DNA of 64,000 nucleotides from Oculina patagonica (Eukaryota): NCBI RefSeq assembly GCF_052425735.1, contig NC_135758.1, positions 11,656,001 to 11,720,000 of the forward strand, read 5' to 3'. Shown piece by piece: positions 24,701 to 36,904 of this stretch (position 1 is its first letter; each line of letters starts with the position of its first letter). The notes under the pieces were generated by a model. It saw only the letters and a program-made list of their open reading frames with translations, ran no database searches and was not told where the DNA came from. The position numbers and the translations under genes were made by a program.

Positions 24701-26675
24701 ATGAGTCAGTTGTTGATTAAAAAAAAAATAGATTAAAAAACAAATAATGAAAATTGAAATTGGATTGAGCACAATTCAGAAAGCAAGCAAACAAAAATTT
24801 AGTAGCCAAAGGTTGGTCCAACAAGGGTAACATGTACAGAATTAAAATTAATCTAAGGTTGAAATGTACAAATTTTCAAAATTATTACTGTTGTTCTACA
24901 TATTGTTTCATCCTGTTGTAAACCATCCTTAGTTTCTACACCTACACGTGTAGCTTTGTGTGTGTATAAAGTGTGAGAATTTTGAGTATTATTTTAAGTA
25001 TTATAAATACTTTTTTGTTTCTAATAATTATTATAGCAGAACAATTGCAACAACTTGTGTTCCAATACACAGAAGTTAGTCTGTACATGTAGAACTAAAT
25101 GCTTTCAAGGGATGCACTGTACATTATTATTTCCCATTGCTTTTGTTTCTGATGTAAGCTGCATACATATACATGAAAGATATTTTCCTTCTGTGAAACC
25201 CAAAGTATTCGGGACATGTGAAATTCGATCAAAAAAAATAACCGAAAAGAAACCTGTCTAAGGTTTGCTTGTTTGTTTTTATAAGTTTCTTTTTTTTTCT
25301 TTTTTTTTTAACATCTCTAAATTTTACAGAATGCACTCTAGGTTACGATTTTGGTAATTTACATTCTGAAATGGTAGGGTAAAGCCCATTGTGGAACAGA
25401 ATAGTGTGGTATTATAATTATTAGCTGTACAGTATATTCAATAGATTCATTTTTACATTCTTAGTATCAAAAATTAATGTGGAAAGGAAAAGGAAAGCTT
25501 CAACAAAATGTTTGAAAGAAAATTTAAACTTGGTACTGTAAACAAAACAAAAATTGGTGACCAAGAGGTGGATGTATACGCTATTGAGGTCAGCACAAAA
25601 CTGCCAGTGATGAAGCCAGTACATACCAAATAGCTAATCGGCTTATAGCTTACTGTAGTTGGTAGAGCATCACACCAGTATCGCGGAGGTCAAGGGTTTG
25701 AATCCCGTTGAAGCCCTGATTTTTTTCAGGCTTCATCGGAAATGCTTAAATTGGAAATAAATATAATGAGATCATGCGGTGTACATGTATATCAATTTCA
25801 TTTTCATCCGCAGAACAATATATGAATAATTTAATATACATTACATTCTTAATATTTCACTACTCTAACAGGAAAATATGAACTCAAAATTGACCTCGCT
25901 CCCAGTGCGGGTTTGTGGCTTCATAGCGCAGTTGGTAGAATACTGCACCAATATCGCAGAAGTCATGGGTTCAAATCCTGTTGAAGCCCTGATTTTTTTT
26001 TCAGGCTTCTTTATTCCAATTGCTTAAATTGAAAATTCACTGCGATGATCATTTATCACTTTCATATACATCCGCAGTTCAGATATGAATCATTTCATAT
26101 ACATTATTGTAAATCATGATTACATGTATATGTATTAACTGTTGTGAAGTGCTGTTTTCTGGAAGAGCCCAGCAGAGGGAAATTGTCTTCCTTATTTATA
26201 TTATGATTCCAGTCCAGGGCATTGGACGAATCTATTTTTCTCAACCCTGGGAATTTGCCATTGTTTCAAAAGATGCTTATGCCACCGGGTTATCCTGGAG
26301 AGGGGAAGGGGGGTGGAATGGGGGCTGGAGAGGATCGGCACTACTGGATTTGACTGAATGAATACCGATCCTTCAGACAAGACGCACATCAATCTTTTTA
26401 CTGAATTATATTTAACTCTTTACCAGCTATAACTACAGTGTGGATGAACATTTCAACCCCAAACCCTCACATATGCACTAAAGCTTAACCAAGTTGTTTC
26501 AGAATCGTTATTTCGTAGACTTTAACCCAGCAAAATAACCACTTTCAATCAACAGTAGGATCTATTCTTACAGCTAATACACACCTTTCGCTAGAAAACG
26601 TTCTTCGTGCAGCACAGCCACAGCATTTACGACTAAAAGGCAAGCTTCGAGCAAACTATAAAATGTGAACGCCAT
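21754..26675 (-). CDS. IER3IP1: Immediate early response 3-interacting protein 1 (Yos1 family), 81 aa, 3 exons: 26675-26585, 24130-24032, 21809-21754
   Basis: Spliced translation MAFTFYSLLEACLLVVNAVAVLHEERFLAK-V-GWGTDQLSGFGEDKGTKHQVINLIHSVRTVMR-I-PLILLNSLTILLLLLMG*. Both introns are GT-AG and phase 1. Recognisable as IER3IP1 (MAFT.YSLL...LHEERFL..GWGTDQ...SVRTVMR.PLI). Confidence 0.97.
21887..22152. mobile_element. Palindromic MITE in IER3IP1 intron 2
   Basis: TAGAGCAGTTTTCAATTGAGTG ... CACTCAAGTGAAAACCGCTCTA imperfect TIRs bounded by TA; internal AAAACCAAA/CCAATCAC repeats. Confidence 0.75.
22997..23650. mobile_element. PIF/Harbinger-type MITE
   Basis: TIRs GGGACCGTTCATTTTTT / AAAAAATGAACGGTCCC with a 3-bp TAA TSD (22994-22996, 23651-23653). 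Confidence 0.85.
25640..26105 (+). repeat. Two tandem tRNA-derived SINE units in IER3IP1 intron 1
   Basis: Both units have an A-box (TAGC...GTTGGTAGA), a B-box (GGTTTGAATCCC / GGTTCAAATCCT) and the shared tail GTTGAAGCCCTGATTTTTTTCAGGCTT...CATCCGCAG. Confidence 0.8.
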
Positions 26676-27249
26676 CTTGAATTTTCTGACGTGTCGACGT
26701 GCGCACGAGCATCCACGAGCATCGGGAAGAAATTCAACCCCAGTGCTTCGCGGGCTTGCTTCATTTACTTCCGGCGGAAATTAGAAACAAACATCGAACA
26801 TGGCGGCCAAGGCTGATGCAACTTCTTTGGAGTTAAAATTCTCTCTTTCATCAGGGTTCTTTGTCGTTTATGGACGTCAACAATCTTTGTTATAGAAATT
26901 TTGATTTAAACTGGTGCTTTCTGCTGCTGGCAACTCAGATAAAAGTCAATGGAAATACGTAAAAGCAAACGTGCTGCTGAGCACAATTTTTCGATCGATG
27001 ACGATTTGTGTACCTCAAGGGTGATGCAATTTGTGTGAATCAGTTCTTAAAATGACCATGAAACGTTTTCTGAAATGGGAGTTGTAAGGTGTACGTGGCT
27101 TTCTGCAAAATAGCCACATATACATCCGACGTGTCCTTAATACCTAATAAAAATCACTTCAGTCTGTTTCTCCTGTATTTTATTGTTGACTATTGATTCC
27201 GAAAGAAATATCATTGAGCGAAGTTCAGGTACCCATTCTGTCAGAGACG
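26676..27249. promoter_or_regulatory. Putative bidirectional promoter between IER3IP1 and the sHSP gene
   Basis: Divergent start codons at 26675 (-) and 27250 (+), 574 bp apart; CpG-rich segment 26690-26810 with a YY1-like AACATGGCGGC. Confidence 0.55.
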
Positions 27250-28513
27250 ATGTTCGCCATGAAGACGTGTGTTTCTCTATTTCTCCTTGTTGGACTGAGT
27301 AGTCTTACAAGCGGTTCTCTGTTGATCAACTACCCTTTCAACGGTTTTGGGTAAGTATTTTTTCCCGTTTGTGACTGATAAATTTACAAATGAATCTACG
27401 GCACTGAAATCAATATGGTTGGAACGATGCAAAAGACGTTATTGAAGCTTTCTATTAGAGTATTTGGTTGCTATCATGATTCTCGACTGATGCCTGTTAC
27501 GCCTGATTCCATGTGATTTACTGAAAGCAATTCGATTAGACGTAATTAGCCATGGCAAATATTTTTGCCTGTAGTTTTGACACACGCAATTTCGTGACAC
27601 GTTTGGTCATTTCTCTTTATTCAGAAATTGGCCCATGCAAAGTTTCGTGCTTTTCCGAGTGAATTTGATTAATAGGATCTAGCACTTTTCACCACCTAAA
27701 AATCTAGCCTTGTTTTGAGACTTTCTAAAGGGAAGTTAAACTCGACGCGTGTTGCGCATCGCGAGGCGCGCGAGTGTACCTCGCAAATACAAGGGCTCTC
27801 GCGACTCTTCCTCGCGTGGCACTTCGATTTCTAGAGAGATAAGAAACACTGTTTAACTGACTTACTAATATAAAACTAACGTCCATGTGTTTTCATCTTA
27901 TTGCAGATCATGGCACAGAAATAATTTTCTCGACTTCGTCAACTGGGATCCATTCGATGATGACCCATTCGAAATGGACTTCTTCCGCGGCAACCATGAC
28001 TTGTACTTTCCCAGAATACACAGGGCGCTTGGTGCCCGTCACGTGACCGTTGCGCACCCATTGGTAATGAGAAACGACAACGTACTTTTCCAGCTGACAA
28101 TGAATGTCGATGGATTTGATCCAAACGAACTGTCCCTGAAATTAGTTGGCCGAGAATTGCTCATCAAGGGCATTCACACCTACAACGCAAACCAACAGAG
28201 ACCCTGCTACAGCAGAAGATTCTGTTGGCGTCGAACATTACCCGAAGATGTGGATGTGAGCTCTGTAAAAGCCACTTTGATCAAACCAAATGCCCTGGAA
28301 ATCGAGGCCAAGAAGATCAAAGATTACCAAACTCAAAGTGACATACAGATTAATGTCCGTGACAAGTCTGTCGATCAATCGCAACCACGAGCCAATCGCG
28401 ATGCAGAGAAACAAAATACACATGAACAGAGCGTTAGACAGCAGAGTAGCAAAGACGACGAAGATGCCACAGTGGAAATCATTCCTGAGGAGAATTTGAA
28501 TTCTTATCCATAG
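27250..28513 (+). CDS. Small heat-shock protein (HSP20/alpha-crystallin domain) with N-terminal signal-peptide-like leader; exons 27250-27350 and 27907-28513; 235 aa
   Basis: Exon 1 MFAMKTCVSLFLLVGLSSLTSGSLLINYPFNGF-G ends GG|gtaagt; acceptor ttgcag|A keeps phase 2 into the ORF-track frame. WDPF motif, alpha-crystallin core (MNVDGFDPNELSLKLVGRELLIKGIH...RRFCWRRTLPEDVD...LEIEA), IxI motif (IQI), AATAAA at 28516. Confidence 0.88.
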
Positions 28514-29000
28514 CGAATAAAAAGCACATTCTGCACAAGCTATTGATAAGAACTCTTTCTTTTTTTCTTTTTTTGCAAACATATTCCGAACAACAGTCTG
28601 TCATAGATTTAGCAGATGTATTAACTCGAGGGAACTGTTTCTATTTACGTTTATTTATAATATTGCGCACAGACATTTACTAAGTCGCATAAATTGTTGA
28701 ACTGATCACACGTTCAGTCATCATTGTAAGCCACGTGCCCGTTCAAACGTGCCCGTTCAATTAAACAGCACGTATCCAGACAAAACTTAGAAGTGACATT
28801 TCCCCATTAGCGGCAAATAGCGGTTCAAATGTGTAATTAGAGAAAAGCAAATGATGAAAATAAATAATTTCAGCTGATTATCCTGCAATGAATTCGTCTC
28901 TGTACTTACTCTATGTTCCTCTCTACAATACATCGATCAAGCTCGTGCTTTTCATTCTTTGTTTTTGTTTGTTTTATTTTTTAACGTGACCAAAAAGCTT

Positions 29001-29024
29001 GGGTGTGGGTGCGGGTGTGTGTGT

Positions 29025-29055
<31 letters not shown>

Positions 29056-29065
29056 GGGGGGGGGG
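29001..29065. repeat. (GT)n microsatellite followed by poly-G
   Basis: Seen directly. Confidence 0.9.
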
Positions 29066-29567
29066 AAAACAGCCGCAAAACAAGGATAAAATAAGCTGTA
29101 AATCATGCAACTGCAAAGTATATATTCTTTTCCTTTTGTCATACATTTATAATATATGGCATATACACAATAGCATGTCGTATACAGAAAGTTTTAAAAC
29201 TTTGCCTTTTAAGAACTTAATCGAAAGGCAAGCCAACAGAAACACGCTAAGCAAAACCTAAAGAATACGGCAGTGATAAAAATCATTCTTCAAAGGAGAA
29301 GTGAAGACAGGCGAAGGCGAAGTGTCGATAAGTAAAAGCGAAGACAAGACTTTCATCGGAACTTACAACACATCCACGGACTTTCTAAGAATATTCAAGC
29401 ACTTTTAAATTGCATTTTCAATCTGGATTTACGTCGTAATTATTGTTTAATTAACGTACCGACTCCTTGTGTTGTCAAAATTTGTTCCAAATTCGCCAGT
29501 TGATTCGCCAGCTATTCATTCGCTTGTGGCGACGTTTTTTCGATGCGATACGAAGTTTTGCTTTTAA

Positions 29568-29966
29568 CCCTTAATATGCTAAGTCCGGATTATTCCGGGA
29601 TTTGGAGGAAAGGCCATTCAACCACTTATGACGTCACCAATTTACACGTCAGCAGATTTTTGTGACGTGCAACTTGTAAAGTTTGGATAGATCTTTCCAC
29701 AGGACTGTCCGTCTTGACTATTGACTGCATTCTGACAGAGCTAATCGAAAAAAAAAAAAAAACGTGATCAGTTTTTGGTGTAAAATTGGTGCTAAAACAG
29801 GCCAATATGCCCGTACTTGATCATGGTCTACTTTCCAGGGTTTTCCATTGATTGAGATCAAAACTTTTCAGGCCAGTAGAAGGGGTGCACAGAGTAAAAG
29901 ATAGAGAAAATAAGAAAGAAGAGAAAAACGAAAAGGAAAGGAACAAGGAAAAAAATCGGAACGGTT

Positions 29967-30001
<35 letters not shown>

Positions 30002-30198
30002 GTCCAAATTTTGGCTTATGCTTATGCGCCAAGTAAAATGTTGTACATTTTTACATGGAAATTGCATCAAAAACCTACTGCAGTGTCAGAAAGTGCATTT
30101 CTAGCAAAGTTTAGAGAAATTTAGGACCGTAGAGCCAAGAAAATCGATTAACGGTTAAAAAAACCCTGTTATTTGGAGAAATTTCAGCATATTAAGGG
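29568..30198. mobile_element. piggyBac-type MITE
   Basis: TIRs CCCTTAATATGCT / AGCATATTAAGGG with TTAA TSDs (29564-29567, 30199-30202). Confidence 0.88.
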
Positions 30199-30322
30199 TT
30201 AAGAGAACAGGTCAAATTTCTTCCTAAAGCGCTTTTTTCATGTAATTGCAATTTAGGGAGCAAAAGCAACCTGAATCGAGCGAAATTTCGCATGATTTAG
30301 GGTTTTAGGTATTTTAGCTTAA

Positions 30323-31345
30323 GGTCGCGGGGGACACCTACAGCATGAATAAATTCATGAAGCGAAATTTTGCTTGACCTGCATCATTTAAAACGCTTAT
30401 TTCTCGGCTGTTATTGGTGCGATTAGGCTCAAATTTTACAGAGACATACAGAAATGATAAAAGATTATAAATGTGATCTTTTATTTGGTAGATTGCACTT
30501 AACGGCGAAGTAACAGCCTCGATCGTTAGTTACAAATTGGGAAGAACTTGATTTTGGGGCTGAGTTTTCGGAACGAGTAGGAGACAGCACAATGTGATCT
30601 TGTCAAAAACTAATCAGTCAATACCTCTAGGGTGTCATAACAGAAGCGGATTTTTTAATTTAAAGTTTGCCAGAAAGTTATGGTAAATGCGCAAATTTGA
30701 ATATAATGCCTTCTCTCTATTTTTAAAAGCGCTCTTTTAGAATTCCGCTTCTGTTATGACACGCTACAGTATGCCTAGTTTACCTCTCTGCAGTGGCAGC
30801 TCACGAAGTTCTGTATCCGCGCTGTATTCTCAGCCCCAAAATTGTCGGAAAAGTCCAAACTTTGAGATTTCTGAAGGTGTCCTGATCAAAACACGGTTTC
30901 CAAATGGAAATTATGGTAATTATATTCCACGCTTGAATGGTGAGAACAATGCGGTTTTTTTGTAACAAAAAAGACACGATTGTTTATCAGTGAATATTAT
31001 TATTATGATAACTCTGAGTTACATAAATATTAGGCCATAGACTTCCTTCAACCTAACGAATAAAGTTAAGCGTTGTTGTAAATTGGGTAAAATCTCTTAA
31101 TAGTTCAAGCATTTTTATGTTTTAGAAATCAAATAAAAATGGGTTTTTTTCAGAACCCTAATTTACTTTTGAGTTAACATTTTGTTCACAAACAATTCCA
31201 CACGTGAACTCATCAAATCACGCCCGCGCTCATATTTTTATGCAAATACTCGCTCGTTAATTAAGTTGTCGATGACAGTCGTTGCACTTCGTGCATACGC
31301 TTTAAATAAATGCATAATGATAAGCCAAAGGTGTCCCCCGCGACC
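30323..31345. mobile_element. Kolobok-type non-autonomous element
   Basis: Perfect 17-bp TIR GGTCGCGGGGGACACCT / AGGTGTCCCCCGCGACC with TTAA TSDs (30319-30322, 31346-31349). Purine-purine terminus plus TTAA TSD is the Kolobok signature. Confidence 0.82.
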
Positions 31346-33469
31346 TTAACGTAATTGTAACACAGTGTGTTTATTTAAACTAGTATACCTAAATGGTAGA
31401 AGTGCTGCCAAATAGTCCAGTCATATATTGATAAGACCCATCACAAATTGCAACAGAATTTATTTCTTCACTATCCATCTCAGAAAAGTGTCCCGATCAA
31501 CATATCAAAAGTCTAGAAAATCTACGAAGGGGAAGTGACTTACTTATACACATACCGCTATTGTACAGCATGAAAACAAGGCTACATACAATAACCTACT
31601 CTAGATGTATTTCTATCGCAAATTACTAATGTCACAAAAAGAAAGATTGATCCAGACATCCTCACAAGTTCTAATCACTGGGTAGGACAAATGAATCACG
31701 TTATATCCTTTTGCCTATACTTTTCTAATTTTACAAATAAGCCTTAAAAATCAGCAGAAAGAACAAAACAACTTTCCTCATTACTTTTCATGATGGAAAC
31801 ATCACCGGCTAATTGAAATAAAGTAAAGCTATAATCTAGACACCAGCAGACAGTGTCAATGGGAAGGATGCATGAATCAAACATCATCATCATCGTCATC
31901 AACTTCACTTTCACAGTCATCCGGCTGGACAGAGGTGCAACCTGAGCCCTACACTGACCACAAGCAGCGAACACTCTAGTTTTAGCTGGTAGTAGAGTGA
32001 CAAATGAGAGAGGAGAGAAACCTCCATCCCCACTGACTCCCCCGTCAAGACTTTAAGAGTGGTGCATATTCCCGCTCGAATTAGAGATATAGCATAAGGG
32101 ATGATGATCCCGCGTCACCCTTCAGACCCGGGAAATTAAAAACCCCGGACAGGGCCCACCAAGACAGAATTAAATGAGAGAAAGGCGGACCAAGGAGAAA
32201 AATAAAAATGTAGTCGCGGGGCTTTCTTTCTAACAAAGAGATGGCGCGAAGCTAAAGTAGGGGAGTAAAAACGCGGGGGATGGGGGGAGGAGCGAAGGAG
32301 GGACCTAGAAGAAATGAAAAAAAAAATTCAGTTATGGGTGGAGTGATATAGGTCTGACCTGGACGACAAGCTCGTAGTTTCTGCTCCCAAACGTTAGAAA
32401 TGGGGTAGAGGACGAGGAGTAGGCGTGAGTGAAAAATGATTTCTGGGTAAATATATAAAAAGATACGCCAGCTGTGAGGCGGATACTGTTTTTTTAATTA
32501 AATAATAAATTGTTTATATACAGCTGTAAATTTTGCCTTTTACAGAAGGTCTATAAATATTTTTTTCTCCCTTTCTATAATAGAGGATTATAAATTTGCA
32601 ATGTGATAGGTGACCACTTTTATTCGCTAAAATGCTTGGACTAAAAGGGGAAGAATGATTTAGTAGTATGCTTGCAGTAACTGATTTAGTTAAGGCCCCT
32701 AGCAAAAATATGGTATTATGCCGAAAAAAACAAAAGGGACAAAACAAGAACAAATAAAAAGAAAATACAAAAAGTTAAGAAACTATTTACAATTTTACAT
32801 CAAATAACGGACTTAAACGCAAAGCCTTCAGCGTTCGCATTGTGTCGGGGATTGAGTTCCACGCCTTGCTTACATCAGGCTACTTCCCCTATTGAGTGGC
32901 ATAAAAAGTCACTGCAGTAAAATTAGGCTGAAGAGAGCTTCGTGTCGATTCGAGTGAACTTTTTTCTTACAAAATTTGCCTTGAAAAGCAGAGTATTTAA
33001 CATTTCAGTTTACTTTGTGCGCGCTGAAAATCCAAGATGTCACTTGTTTGAAATCCTGCATTGCGCTTGGTCACATATCAAAACGCTGCAAAACGCAATC
33101 AACGAGGCCGACAAATTGGCGCTCGTTTCTGGTTTGGCCTTTGGGTACAATAAATTCTCGTACTAAAAAATAACGAGAAATATTTGCGCATCATGGACAT
33201 TTTTCATTGCTATATATTTTAACTATAAAGATTACCGAAAAAACGGAACAACATTTTGGTGAGTGGCACCATTATCAAGTATGTGACGAGAAAAAAAACT
33301 AATTTATACTGAAAGTAAAGGTCGAAATAGAATAAATTAAATTGTAACTGTTCAGCGTTCATGTCATTCCAGTGAGGTGTCAAAAATGATAATGAGAGCT
33401 TCGTCTGCATCTTCCGCCATTATTCACAAAGCATTAGCACAAAGATCACATTGAATTCCACTGCACATC

Positions 33470-33695
33470 CTGAATCTTCCATTCGCGCATAACCACAATT
33501 CCTTGCGCCTTTGATGCGCATCCTAAATCTTCCTTTCGCGCATAACCACAATTCCTTGCGCCTTTGATCTTTCCGCCGACCACAATTCCTTGCGTTTTGA
33601 AGAAAAAAGCGATTGCAAGCCCTTTTAAGTAATCCTTTTGCCGATTGAGGCTGCCTCGCTCGTTCGCTTCAGGCTCACTTCGCTGCGGCAGCAAT
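33470..33695. repeat. Short tandem repeat (ACCACAATTCCTTGCG x3) with adjacent imperfect hairpin
   Basis: Two ~53-bp copies of TCTTCC(A/T)TTCGCGCATAACCACAATTCCTTGCGCCTTTGAT plus a partial third; likely the end of an interspersed repeat. Confidence 0.6.
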
Positions 33696-34159
33696 AAAGT
33701 TTTGTCTAGGAGAGTTTGTTGCCAGTATTTCTCTTTTTATTATTGAAATAGCGAATTCGCTTGTAAAGCTGATGTCAAAAACTCATTACCGGTGACAAAA
33801 AAAAGAATCGTATCTTTCAGAGGATGCTAAGGGTTATCTACTAATCAAATAGTAATTTTGATGCGTCTTAAAAGCGCTAAAACCCAAGGGGTTGTATTAT
33901 ATATGGTGGTGGTGTGAGTTTGCTTTTACGTCCAACGGTTAATTAACGAAGGCTTATTGGGCTACTAGGTTCCAAAAAAAGGTTTGAGTTACATAACTTA
34001 ACACAAAGAAAGAAGGCTATGATCTTGACGACTTTTATTTACGTTCTTTCTCAAAAAAACAATTACAGAGAAATTATAATCCGGATGTTAAGTCTTTATT
34101 GTCCCTTACTACGTTGCCTTATATTTCACTGCCTGAGTTGGTAATACCAAACTGAATGC

Positions 34160-36904
34160 TTATTTTCGGCAGCAGCAGAAGCTGAAAGCACCCCCCTTGG
34201 ATTCCAGGATTTCTTCGTCATTAGATGACGCCTCGCTTCTTCCATATCCCCTGTAACCTCGGTCGCATCCGTAGTTGTAAAAACTACCCACATCCTGTCC
34301 ATTTTCAGTGGCCTTGCCGACTTTTCCATGGATGGAGACCTCTGCATCGCAGTGAGTAAAAACCGTCTCGGAACAAAGCTGGTTGCAACTTTTCGGTCCC
34401 CGGCTATCTCTATTCAACACGGCGTTTACATGGGTACCAGATCCTCCCGTGGGGGTACTTCCTCTGCAGGCAGCGGCGGCCGCCATGTGAAGAGCCTGCC
34501 AAGCCATGTCGTATGCTGATGTAGCGGGGTCGTCTTCAGACAGATGGACGTCTTCAGCTTTGGGCAGCTCAGTTTCAACGCCGCCATTCTAAAAACAAAC
34601 AAAATATTAAAACCAAACTTCTATGAAATTAAAGAAAAGGCCAGAATTCAAGCTAAAACAAGCACATCTTAACTCTGAATAATAATTTTCAGACTGAAAA
34701 AGTTTGTATGCTGCAAAGATCATTTCTTTCATCTTATATTTCAATAACAGCTTACATTTATATTTATTTCAAATACATGTATGTTCACACTGTACCGAGG
34801 AAAGCACGTTAACAGCTGGGGAAAGCACTAAAGCAAGGAAATGACCATTGAATGACCGTTGCACTTGCCAGCTTAGATCCAATATCAATTTTAGCTGCTT
34901 TCTCTTGTGCACGATTACACAGCAAGGAATTCGCAAAAGAGGTTCATGCCAATCAGCAATGTAATGCCATTTTGGGTTGTCTTAGTTCTTCATGGTTGAC
35001 CCATTGGGAGGCTTCTTGTGTTCTTCTTTTATTTATTTTACACGATGATATCAATTACTTTCCAGGCGCTTTAATTTCCCTAATTCTGACGGCTTCTTCG
35101 ACGTCGTGTATGCCCGTGTCTTAAGAACAGCAAGCAGTGCGAGGGAGTTTGCCGCATACTCCATCAGCCCCATCCATACAACGGTTATTTAAATTTGACG
35201 CAATTTAAAATCTCCGATCAACGTAGGCTATTCGGATCCGAAACGAATTTTTCAGATATGCCTTTAAAGACCTTTAAAGCGAAATTTTGCTAGCAATGTG
35301 CATTTCGAATTCTGGACACCATGGGTGCTTACCATTTAGCCAAAAAACCCGGAAATTTCGGTTGGAAGTCAAATGGAACAGCAATTTTCCGGAAATTCCG
35401 TTCGAAAATTGTGGAATACGTTTTGAGGTATTCCTTTTATTCCGGTTGGTACGAACCGTCGGAAATTTTCTTACCATTTGAACGAATCTTCCGTTTCCAG
35501 GCCCTTTTAAGCACCTCCGCGCGGTTTTAGTCGTGTTTACAATATGGCGTCTTTATACCAATTTGGAACGTGTATGTTCACCTCGACCATAGAAATGCCA
35601 GCACTTTTTTAACAGGAGAAATAAGCTTCCTGCCTCTGGTATTCCACGTTGGAATTGTTCATGTGTTCATATTTTTTCTCAGGACAGGATCTAAGGCCTG
35701 ATACTCAGGTTAGCTCGAACGTGCCAATTTTCACTCGACTGCGAAATTCACTCGGTGCGTAGGCGGGAACAGTTACCTCAAAATAACCTTGTATTCTGTT
35801 TAAATCGCGTCTCATGGAACAGCTGACGGCAGTAAACAGCATCAGCCCATCTTCTTCGTCAAAAAGTTTGTTTTCTACCTCGAAGTATTCAGCTATATCG
35901 ACAGAAAACAACACTGAATTTCGCGCTAGATCGAGTGAGCGGGAAGGAACGCCTGGTAGAATAATGGTAAGCGAAATCTCATCCAGTTGGTCGGTATATT
36001 CGGAAAATTGCTTACCATTATGCAACGGTCACACCAACCGGATTTTTCTTACAAATGGCATAACTTAACTTTAAAATGCATATGCATTGCTAGGCTACGA
36101 GCGGGATACCTTTTTAAACTTTGAAATCAATTCCTTGTTTGCTGTAAACCTCTTTTCCTGAAAAAGAACATTTTTATGTAAAATTCTCCAATTACAATGC
36201 AGAAGTCACTATATGGCGTTAATATGGCCTATTATATTACTGAGCATGCAAGTCACAAAATGTGGTCTACCCTCCGTCTATTCTCTTTCTCGAAAACTGT
36301 GACCTATCAATTTTTTCTCAGATTTTAATTGTAGCGTTCAAGTTCTTTCTGCGAAACGAAAACAGATCAATTCCTTTGTTTATTTCTATTTTAATTTTTC
36401 GTTATCAAATATTTTGTTCTCGAAAATATTAGCTTGTCAAGCTACTCTGAAATTCGAGCTTAAATAAAGTTTTTGTTGTTGTTGTTGTTGTTGTTGCTGT
36501 ATCACTGGGAATGTGTACTTTGCCAGTACTCTCAAGGCAATTATTAAGGAATTATGCGGTATTTACAAGGCCTTTCTGTTCCTAAACGAATATGGAAACC
36601 CCACTTTGTTATTTCAAAATTTACTTCCCCTTATGGTAATCAACAAATAGGCAAAGATTGGTTGAAAATCTATGTTCAGTTCTATTCCGGGGCAATGACC
36701 TTAAAGGTAACTGTGGTCATTATTTTCGTTTTGTTAACCCATCAAAGCATTTTACTATCTCAATTTAGCAAATGCTTTTTCATTAAAATGAAAGGGAAAA
36801 AAAGTTATTGCGGCACTCTTTACATTTGGTTTCACCGCAGCAATTCCCTCGGCATCCATTCCTTGATGGAAGATGACGACGAACAGAACCAAAGCGAACT
36901 TCAT
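34160..36904 (-). CDS. Secreted cysteine-rich protein of unknown family, 169 aa; exons 36904-36824 and 34588-34160
   Basis: Exon 1 MKFALVLFVVIFHQGMDAEGIAAVKPN|gtaaag is signal-peptide-like. Acceptor tttttag|AATGGC is phase 0 and in frame with ORF 34160-34507. Acidic spacer, then a domain with 8 Cys ending FSFCCCRK*. Confidence 0.75.
35323..36065 (-). mobile_element. Internally deleted PIF/Harbinger element in the intron of the secreted-protein gene
   Basis: Terminus GGGTGCTTACCATTT at 35323 and a degenerate inverted end near 36040-36065. Minus-strand ORF 35705-36025 has RIQGYFEVTVPAY...EFRS...TFEL, resembling the N-terminus of HARBI1-like transposases. Confidence 0.65.

Noticed and set aside
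25640-25990. Functional tRNA genes
   Set aside because: Acceptor and anticodon stems do not pair properly and both copies run into a shared SINE-type tail.
31744-32760. Possible CR1/L2 LINE 5' region with a 2A-like motif (LFQLAGDVS)
   Set aside because: The NPGP is missing and no endonuclease or RT motifs follow.
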